DNA of 29,397 nt from an uncultured virus (IMG/VR IMGVR_UViG_3300044627_000710). Taxonomy: Duplodnaviria > Heunggongvirae > Uroviricota > Caudoviricetes. Positions 22,703 to 29,397 of the stretch are shown here, in pieces. Positions within the stretch are counted from its first letter, which is position 1; every line of letters starts with the position of its first letter. The notes under the pieces were generated by a model, which saw nothing but the letters and a program-made list of their open reading frames with translations, was not told the origin of the DNA and ran no database searches. Location of the stretch: IMG/VR virus record IMGVR_UViG_3300044627_000710; one strand, written 5' to 3'. A program made the translations under genes and the position numbers.

Positions 22703-25627
22703 TTATGCGGGGAGGTATTTGTCGGCGCGGGTGTTCTTAGCCACCTTGCCCTTACCGGTTGTCTTAGCGCGGGCGCGCTGCACCCGGTCCATCATTGCGT
22801 AGAGTTTGCGTGCACCGGCTTCGGTAGACCCATTTCCTATTTCACTCACAATCCTCGCCGGGATCACAAACTCACCATCGGCCAGTCGCGCGGGTTGACG
22901 GTTGCCGATAGTTGCCGGGATGCTGTCAGAAACGCCATCACCGGGACCGCGAAGCAAACGGCCACCATCGGAGTATCCGCCGAGGTTAAATTGCCCGCCT
23001 TTAGCCGCACCGGCCAAGGCTGTAATGCCGCCGCTGTTAAGCGCGGCGGTGTCGGCGTTATCCATGCCCCTGCTGTATGCGCCGTAATCATCAAACCAGA
23101 AACTAGAGTTGGGCTGACGGAAGATGCTGTACACGTCATCATCACCCTCGCTTCTCTCAGGCTGACGCTCAGGGAGGAGGTTTATTGTGCGTTCCTCAAT
23201 CGGCGCAAGCTGCTCTCCAACTTTTTTGTCAACCAAGCGGCTTATGAAGCCTGCGTCTTCGGCCTGCCCAATGATCCGCCCACTGATCGGATCAACGATC
23301 ACAGAGCCAACCACAATACCGCCCGTACCATCATCGACGTTTGCCGTTATCGTACCGATAACCCGCCCAGAGATTGGATCAACCACATTGTTGCCAACAA
23401 CCACGCCACCCTTAATGGTCGCTTGATCTGCATAGGTGCGGTTGTCGCCCGTTACAACGGTGTTTGCACCGCCAGTCTTGCCCATAAAGGCCGCAGATGT
23501 ATTGCCGCCAATTGTCGATGTGCCGCCACCAGTAACCCCAGTGGTTGCGGTGCCCGTTGTTCCGGTTGTGCCCGTCGTTCCAGTACCGGCGCTCTGCGCG
23601 GTCTGGCGGGTAGGCGTGGTGGGAACATAGCGGCGAATTGCGCTTTCACGCGCCGCGCCACCAACAACTTCGCTATAAGGACGCATCAGCGCCCCACCGC
23701 CAGGAACGAACGGCGTAGTCGGGTATGCACCACGCCCCATCAGGTAGTCGTAAGCACTCTTGCTGCCGCCGGTCAGCATGTTAAATCGGCGCTCGTTAAC
23801 GGCAGCACGCAACTGGTAATCCGGCACGCCGTTGGCGCGGCCCCAGGCGGTGATCTCCGTGGCCGTCGCGTTGGGGTTGTTTGCCAAGTAGGCTTGCAAA
23901 TTGTTGACCACCGCGTTCTGCGTCATCGGGCGCTCGTTCGGGCCAAGACGTGTGACCGTGGGCATCTCCGTAGCGCCGCCGCCCTGTTCATATGCCGTGC
24001 GCACCTGCTCCATTGTCTGAGGAGTGAACTGCGTAGCAGGAGCCAGAGTCGGTGTGGTCGGCGCAAAGTCGGGGAGCCCCGGTAGTTCGGCGGGGGTGAC
24101 GGTCGTGCCAGTATCGGTTTCAGTAAATGTGGGGGATACAGCGGTAACGGGTTTCTTCTCCGGCTCCTTGTACGCCAACTCAGCAACCGACTTGCCTGTG
24201 GCCCGCATAACGTCGGCTTCGTTAATATCGACCGCCTGCATGGCCTGACGGATCTGTGACTCAGTAGCTTGCGGGTTCTCTGCTACCCACATCTGGATGT
24301 TCTTGTTCATACCCTCCAGGCCAGTAAGACCTGTGCGTGAGCGCCAGTCGGCCTGGGTCAGCACGTTCTGCATGCCACCCGAGCCACCACCGGCCTCAAC
24401 CGCGCGTCGGATGTCTGCGGCATCGACGCCATACTGGTTAGCAGCGGTTTGAACTTGGTCGTAGGAAATGTTGGGGTTCTGCTGAACAAAGTTCTGGATG
24501 TTCTGGTTCAGGCCAGCAATACCGGTCTGGCCACCAACGGAAGTCCAATTCGGCGAAGTTAGAACCGTGCGCTCAGCGCCAGACACAGCGGGGGAACCAC
24601 GCTGCGCAGCAATTCGCTGCAACGCTTGCCAGTTTTCGTCTGTCTGCTGACCTGCCGCCTGCCGGATAGCGGCGTCGTTAAAACCCTGGCTCAGGAACTT
24701 GTTGTACAAGTCCGCCTTTTGCTCAGGCGTGTACGTACCAATATCCGAAGGAAGCGATGGGCCACCAGCGGCAAGCGCCACGATGCCGCCGCCTGCCATG
24801 CCGCCGGGCGGTTGATCTTCTTGCGGCTGTGCGGGTGCGCCTGCGGTTTGGCCTTGACCCGTGTTAACAGGCATTGCCGGATAGATCGGCTGTGCCGTCC
24901 ACTGCTTGGTGAACGGATCAAACTTGTAGGGGCGGATGGTGCCTTGATACTGGTTACCCGGCATCGGCGTTGCCGTCTGCGTGGCTTGATCGGCCATGAT
25001 GGGCGCTGCAACCGCATAGCCCGCCTTCATCAGACCAGAGGCGCCACCAATACCGGACATGAACGCACTACGCCCAGCCTCGTTTCCAAGACCTGCAATA
25101 CCTGCCTTGAACTGGTCAAACGGAGTGATCTTGGCGGCGTTCTCCAACACTTGCTTTTGAATGAATTCACTCGCCGCTTTATCCGTAAGCCCCTGCTTAG
25201 CCGCTTCTTCGGCGGCAGCTTGACCGAGCGTGGCTTGGCTTGTGGCCATACCCGCCTGTTGAAATGCATTGCCCAACGAAGCGCCACCATAAGCGCCCAG
25301 ACCGGCCATGATGCCCTTCTGCAGACTGCCGGTGGCCAGAGCCGTCGCACCGCCGACCAGTGCCCCCGCGCCCAGCGCGCTGCTGACAATGCCGAATCCG
25401 GCAGGGCCAAGGGCAAAACCCGCGATCATGGGCAGTGCCGACTTGAGCAGCTTCTTGAATGAGAAGGCTTCTGGCAGACCCGTGTGGGGGTTGATCGTCA
25501 TGGTGATTCCATGACTCAGGCCAAGCGCCTGCAGACCCGCAACTTCGCTGGGGGCCATGTGCACCAGCATCGAGTCGCCGTTGCGACCCTTGGACGCCAT
25601 GTGGTTGGCTAGTACGGCAAGGCTCAT
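22703..25627 (-). CDS. Probable internal virion protein with tape-measure-like GPGDGVSDSIPA...LADGEFV C-terminal domain and internal repeats
   Basis: 974 aa; AAGGGG RBS; N-terminal GRNGDSMLVHM...INPHTGLPEAF, then a long hydrophobic Gly/Ala segment, helical repeats, a Thr/Gly low-complexity stretch, and C-terminal GPGDGVSDSIPA...ARLADGEFVIPA...GNGSTEAGA. Confidence 0.7.
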   Translation of the reverse strand: MSLAVLANHMASKGRNGDSMLVHMAPSEVAGLQALGLSHGITMTINPHTGLPEAFSFKKLLKSALPMIAGFALGPAGFGIVSSALGAGALVGGATALATGSLQKGIMAGLGAYGGASLGNAFQQAGMATSQATLGQAAAEEAAKQGLTDKAASEFIQKQVLENAAKITPFDQFKAGIAGLGNEAGRSAFMSGIGGASGLMKAGYAVAAPIMADQATQTATPMPGNQYQGTIRPYKFDPFTKQWTAQPIYPAMPVNTGQGQTAGAPAQPQEDQPPGGMAGGGIVALAAGGPSLPSDIGTYTPEQKADLYNKFLSQGFNDAAIRQAAGQQTDENWQALQRIAAQRGSPAVSGAERTVLTSPNWTSVGGQTGIAGLNQNIQNFVQQNPNISYDQVQTAANQYGVDAADIRRAVEAGGGSGGMQNVLTQADWRSRTGLTGLEGMNKNIQMWVAENPQATESQIRQAMQAVDINEADVMRATGKSVAELAYKEPEKKPVTAVSPTFTETDTGTTVTPAELPGLPDFAPTTPTLAPATQFTPQTMEQVRTAYEQGGGATEMPTVTRLGPNERPMTQNAVVNNLQAYLANNPNATATEITAWGRANGVPDYQLRAAVNERRFNMLTGGSKSAYDYLMGRGAYPTTPFVPGGGALMRPYSEVVGGAARESAIRRYVPTTPTRQTAQSAGTGTTGTTGTTGTATTGVTGGGTSTIGGNTSAAFMGKTGGANTVVTGDNRTYADQATIKGGVVVGNNVVDPISGRVIGTITANVDDGTGGIVVGSVIVDPISGRIIGQAEDAGFISRLVDKKVGEQLAPIEERTINLLPERQPERSEGDDDVYSIFRQPNSSFWFDDYGAYSRGMDNADTAALNSGGITALAGAAKGGQFNLGGYSDGGRLLRGPGDGVSDSIPATIGNRQPARLADGEFVIPARIVSEIGNGSTEAGARKLYAMMDRVQRARAKTTGKGKVAKNTRADKYLPA
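23800..24547 (-). repeat. Three intragenic ~40-49-aa helical repeats
   Basis: NIQNFVQQNPNISYDQVQTAANQYGVDAADIRRA / NIQMWVAENPQATESQIRQAMQAVDINEADVMRA / NLQAYLANNPNATATEITAWGRANGVPDYQLRAA. Confidence 0.75.
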
Positions 25628-25657
25628 GTGCGCCCCTTGGAATTGATTGGGTTCATT

Positions 25658-27034
25658 TTATTGGGTCAAGTCCCAGAAAGCGATAGTGCCGTAGCAGTCG
25701 CCTGACGGGGTTGCAGAATCCACCGTGCGGATGGCAAGCGTCAAGACATCACTGGCTCCGGCCAGGGACACGCCCAACTGCAAAGCCCAGTTGTAACCTG
25801 CCGGATCGACCAGAGGCTGCGTGCCGCCCGATCCGCTTGAAGACACGTAGTCCGTCTGCACCAGGGTGCCACCCGTTATGGCTGTGGCAGAGGTATCCAT
25901 CTCCACGTTGGCATCCGATGCAACGGCAGACCAAGAAGCGCCCGTCAGCGTTCCGTTCAAGAACAGGCCCACTTCATAGTTTTGGCTCGTGATGGGAAGC
26001 AACTGCATTCGGCCAGGGAGCACCACCGCACCAAGCGCCGTAGACGCCAGACGGATCGACACAACCGGCTTAAACGTCAAACCGATAGTGGCGAGTTTGG
26101 TCGTGCGCCGCGCCAAGTGACTCGGGGAATACTGCTCGTAGCCACCCTCAGAGATGACCGTCGAGCAAATCTGCTTCATGCTCGCAGTGACGGCGTTGGA
26201 CAGATTGGTGATCTCGTAGCGCACCGGCAGGATGGCCGTGGTCATGTAAACCGAGCCAATGTCGTTGGCGTTGTTAAACGTATGGCAGACGATGTACTGG
26301 CCATTGATCACAAACCCAGTACGCACCGAGCCCACACCCAACCATTCAAAGTCGCACCAGAAAATCTGCGTCTTGCTTGGGTCGAGCGTGTAGCCCGACG
26401 GCCCGGTACCGTCCAATTTGTCGCCGTTCCAGGCGGACTGAGGGATCGAGCGGATGTCGCTTGGCGTTCCCGGTGTGGGCAGAGAATCAGAGCGCATGAC
26501 CATCGACAGCGTGGTGCCGTTGGCCTCAAAGAACACGCCGTTCTGGGTGTTGAAGTACCCCACCCGCTGACGGATGTTGGCCGTGGGTGTGTTCATGGCG
26601 AAGGTGGCAAGCACCAACAGCCCCTTGCCCGGTTGGTATGACATGGAGCGGAACGTCTGCCGCACAGCCTGCGAGTTAGTGGTTGCCGCCACCGACATCT
26701 GCACCGTAGATTCGTTGGTCAGGAACGTGGTGGATGCGCCGTTGACCGTGCTGGTGTCGAACTGGTTGTCCGCAGCGTAGCGTTGCTGAGAGTCGAAGAG
26801 CGTGTAGGGCTGACTGACCCGCAGCCGCCCAAAGGCATCCGTGTTGGTGCCGCCGATGGAGATTGGGATGGGGGAGGTTGTGGTCACGATCCGCCTTAGT
26901 AGCGCGTCAAGCCGGTTGAAGTACAGGCGAAGGACATTGTTTAACTGCTCGTGGTAACGCGACTCGTAGTCCCGAGGGGCCAGAGGCAGGTTAGGCGGCG
27001 CAGGTACGGTTGCATCTTCAATGAGGAAGGTCAT
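25658..27034 (-). CDS. Virion structural protein, probable tail appendage/receptor-binding protein
   Basis: 458 aa from ATG 27034 (ATGA overlap with the upstream stop); short N-terminal APPNLPLAP...LRLYFNRLD segment, then a beta-rich domain starting TDAFGRLRVSQPYTLFDS with YQPGKG, WNGDKLDG, FEWLGVGSVR. Confidence 0.65.
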   Translation of the reverse strand: MTFLIEDATVPAPPNLPLAPRDYESRYHEQLNNVLRLYFNRLDALLRRIVTTTSPIPISIGGTNTDAFGRLRVSQPYTLFDSQQRYAADNQFDTSTVNGASTTFLTNESTVQMSVAATTNSQAVRQTFRSMSYQPGKGLLVLATFAMNTPTANIRQRVGYFNTQNGVFFEANGTTLSMVMRSDSLPTPGTPSDIRSIPQSAWNGDKLDGTGPSGYTLDPSKTQIFWCDFEWLGVGSVRTGFVINGQYIVCHTFNNANDIGSVYMTTAILPVRYEITNLSNAVTASMKQICSTVISEGGYEQYSPSHLARRTTKLATIGLTFKPVVSIRLASTALGAVVLPGRMQLLPITSQNYEVGLFLNGTLTGASWSAVASDANVEMDTSATAITGGTLVQTDYVSSSGSGGTQPLVDPAGYNWALQLGVSLAGASDVLTLAIRTVDSATPSGDCYGTIAFWDLTQ

Positions 27035-28896
27035 CGCCGCCCATCCGGTCTGATGTCGATTCGCGGTGCGCCAAGCTGCCACGTCGTGCCAAGCGTGTTG
27101 GAGTCCACCTTGAAGATCAACTGCCGCCCGCGCACGCGGGTGTAAATCTGCCCGGTGAACTCTTCGGTAATCACGTACGTCGATCCCTTGACCACAGGAG
27201 CGCCTGCGCTGTCAATGCTGCCAGAGCCTGAGTTGTACAACCCATAGAGCGTCATGTTGACGGTGGCCGCGCCTGCGGTGGAGTTCTCAAACGTGATGTC
27301 GGGCAGCATGCGCCACACAAACCCAAAGTTGTGGCCGTCGCCGATGTCGAACTCAGACGACGAGATGTTGGCCAGGATTGGGGCAGGCGTGCCCGTTTCG
27401 TTGTCGTCGATGCCCGATTCGTGATTAACAAGGTTATAGCTGTAGGTAGCCGCTAACGGGTAATCTCGAATACCAGAATCAAGCCATGCGGTCCTGGCCA
27501 TCGTGCCGTAGTACCAGATGCGCTCAAGGTAGTTGTAGACCACGTAGCGATCTATAGTGGTGGAGTTTGCCGAGCAGTAGAACCACCAGACTTCGTTGAA
27601 GCCCTCGTTCGTACCAGCAAAAACCTGGGCTGCTTGGGCTGCATTGAAGTTGCTGAACACATAACGGCGCACATCGCAGGGGAGCGTCTGCACACGACCG
27701 TCATACTGGTAGAACTTGTCCACGCCCATCCAGTACACCACACCAGAAGCAATGGCTACGGCGTTGGGGCCGACGATGGAGATGTTGTCGCCGAGAAGCT
27801 GAGCGCCCCAGAAGATGGGTGCGTCGAGGTATTGCAACGAATAAAGGGCGGAGTCGGTAAATACTACGATTTCCTGACGAGCTTGAATAACGGTAACAAT
27901 CTCCGACCCTGTGGATAGTCGTAAGCTACCTGCTTGGTTAGTGGCCGCAGGCGTCCAGTTAAGCGCATCTTCCTGGTCTGACCAACGGATCAGCATGGGG
28001 TCTAATGCGGAAGAGCCGTAGTCGTTGCATCCAAACGCAAACACAAAACGATTTACGTCGGACACAAAGATCACGTTCTGGACGGTCGGCACGTCCGATG
28101 CCCCAACAGCCGTAGCCAAGTTGTAACCGCGCACAGCTACGCCTGTCGTAGCATCCCAGTAATACATACCTCCGCCACGCGGGCCAAACACCAAGTCCTC
28201 GCCCCAGTTTCGTTGACTCCAGAGTCGTAACGAGTAGCCTGAAGTAGACGTGATGCCCCAAGAACCAGAACTCCAAGTGCCTGCCCCCCAGCCTGTCAGC
28301 GGAATAACGGTAGCAGGACCAGTGTTGATCTGATAGGCGGCAACAACCGCAGCACCGCCTCCAGGAGAACCGGCGATGGCTGTGGCGTTAGGCACCACAG
28401 AGATTGTGATGGTGTAGGTGTTGGTGTCCACCACCGTGACTTGGAATTCACGGTTTAACACCGCTGCGGTAACGTTGGTGCCTACACCACCAATATCGAC
28501 CGCCCCACTGAAGGTTACAAAGTCACCCGTCGTGCAGCCATGCGCCGTGTCAGTCACCGTGACCGTCGTAGATGCGGTCAGCGCAAACGGGTTGTTGTTG
28601 ATGGTGACTGTTGTACGCAACGGCGTGATGTCGTTGTACATCCCACCTTGCTCAATGTAAAACTTGAGGTTTGTGCCAACACCAATCAGGTTCAAGTTGA
28701 GCAGTGTTACCCAGTTCCACAGAGAACGGCAGACACCAAGGAACGTACTGACAGAGATGCGGACCCAACCACCAACCTTCTCTGGCGTGCCTTGACGGAA
28801 CCGAACCTTGTCGCAGTCGTACCACCCGCCTTCGGTGGTGTACCGCGTGTTTTCGCGGTTGACTCCGGGCTTGAACAGGATTTTCTGAAGTGGCAT
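27031..28896 (-). CDS. Tail tubular protein B / P22 gp10-like DNA-stabilisation (nozzle) protein
   Basis: 621 aa, beta-rich with many Trp/Gly/Thr; MPLQKILFKPGVNRE...GGWYDCDKVRFR, IRWSDQED...W...TNQAG, VYWMG..KFYQYDG.V..LPC, FNEVWWFY, TRVRGRQ; typical of the beta-propeller tail hub of podoviruses. Confidence 0.72.
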   Translation of the reverse strand: MPLQKILFKPGVNRENTRYTTEGGWYDCDKVRFRQGTPEKVGGWVRISVSTFLGVCRSLWNWVTLLNLNLIGVGTNLKFYIEQGGMYNDITPLRTTVTINNNPFALTASTTVTVTDTAHGCTTGDFVTFSGAVDIGGVGTNVTAAVLNREFQVTVVDTNTYTITISVVPNATAIAGSPGGGAAVVAAYQINTGPATVIPLTGWGAGTWSSGSWGITSTSGYSLRLWSQRNWGEDLVFGPRGGGMYYWDATTGVAVRGYNLATAVGASDVPTVQNVIFVSDVNRFVFAFGCNDYGSSALDPMLIRWSDQEDALNWTPAATNQAGSLRLSTGSEIVTVIQARQEIVVFTDSALYSLQYLDAPIFWGAQLLGDNISIVGPNAVAIASGVVYWMGVDKFYQYDGRVQTLPCDVRRYVFSNFNAAQAAQVFAGTNEGFNEVWWFYCSANSTTIDRYVVYNYLERIWYYGTMARTAWLDSGIRDYPLAATYSYNLVNHESGIDDNETGTPAPILANISSSEFDIGDGHNFGFVWRMLPDITFENSTAGAATVNMTLYGLYNSGSGSIDSAGAPVVKGSTYVITEEFTGQIYTRVRGRQLIFKVDSNTLGTTWQLGAPRIDIRPDGRR

Positions 28897-28911
28897 AACC
28901 GTATTCTCGTG

Positions 28912-29397
28912 TCAAGACAAGAAAAGGGCAATCTCTGCCTCGCGGCGTTTTACCAGACCCGGCAGGACTTTGCCACCACCGGTGATGAAGTTACGGAACG
29001 CCGCAGCCGCCCCATCCCAGTCTTCTCGGTTGGCCCGCATCCTGATCTGGCTGCGCTGAAGGTTGCCTAGCCCTGCATTAAAGGCAAAACTGACCAGAGC
29101 GTCAAAGCTGCCTTGACGGCCAGATACGCCGGGAACAAGTCGAAGAACACCACGTTCAAAAGTCCCGACATCATCACGGAATAGTTCGTCGATCTCCGTC
29201 TTAGTCCAGACACGGTTGTCCTCCGGCTTCAGGGGGAACTCGTTGCGGAGCATCCCGGTGTAGCCTTCTTTACGAACGGAAGGCAGGCGAATTTGCTCTT
29301 GGTACAGGACATGGCCATAGCCAATCGTCCAGATGTGGGCAGGGCAAAGGTAGGGTTTACTCCTAAACCCCTCATACTTGTGCATGAGGTCTTCGCC
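28912..29397 (-). CDS. Phage lysozyme (GH24 endolysin), 5' end outside the window
   Basis: EGFRSKPYLCPAHIWTIGYGH (E-x8-C-x5-T triad), FDALVSFAFNAG, GGKVLPGLVKRREAE; the frame stays open upstream of ATG 29385 to the window edge (...GEDLMHKYEG). Confidence 0.92.
   Translation of the reverse strand, partial: GEDLMHKYEGFRSKPYLCPAHIWTIGYGHVLYQEQIRLPSVRKEGYTGMLRNEFPLKPEDNRVWTKTEIDELFRDDVGTFERGVLRLVPGVSGRQGSFDALVSFAFNAGLGNLQRSQIRMRANREDWDGAAAAFRNFITGGGKVLPGLVKRREAEIALFLS

Noticed and set aside
25628..25665. TAAAAT here and GAGAAT near 28903-28908 on the minus strand as late promoters
   Set aside because: Only -10-like hexamers without a convincing -35 or shared extended motif; too weak to call
27035..27082. 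ORF-track start at 27082 for the tail appendage gene
   Set aside because: ATG at 27034 forms an ATGA overlap with the upstream stop and is the more plausible start
1..29397. Stop-codon reassignment, tRNA or structured ncRNA genes
   Set aside because: TAA, TAG and TGA all end genes cleanly with tight packing, and intergenic gaps are too short (under about 70 nt) to hold such RNAs

Overview
A 29.4-kb segment of a tailed dsDNA bacteriophage genome, with dense coding in the standard genetic code and two convergent arms. The + strand arm (54-8155) is a replication/recombination module: small HExxH protein, Cas4/RecB-like PD-(D/E)XK nuclease, small HNH protein, SNF2-type helicase, a probable Zn-binding ssDNA-binding protein, a Cro-like HTH protein and a large primase-helicase. 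The - strand arm (window end to 8109) is a podovirus-like morphogenesis module: GH24 lysozyme (cut by the window edge), a P22 gp10/tail-tubular-B-like protein, a probable tail appendage protein, and four consecutive probable internal virion (ejection) proteins of 974, 554, 760 (with a lytic transglycosylase domain) and 3536 aa. The last is a polyvalent protein with a zincin domain, a low-GC in-frame cassette and an LPD38-like C-terminus. The most notable unexplained signals are a doubled Phi-A-x-G-G motif shared by three of the ejection proteins, the low-GC cassette in the giant gene, a palindromic operator on a sigma70-like promoter, and beta-clamp-like motifs. No tRNA, rRNA, CRISPR array, integrase or reverse transcriptase was seen. 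Family assignments come from motif recognition by eye, not from database searches.
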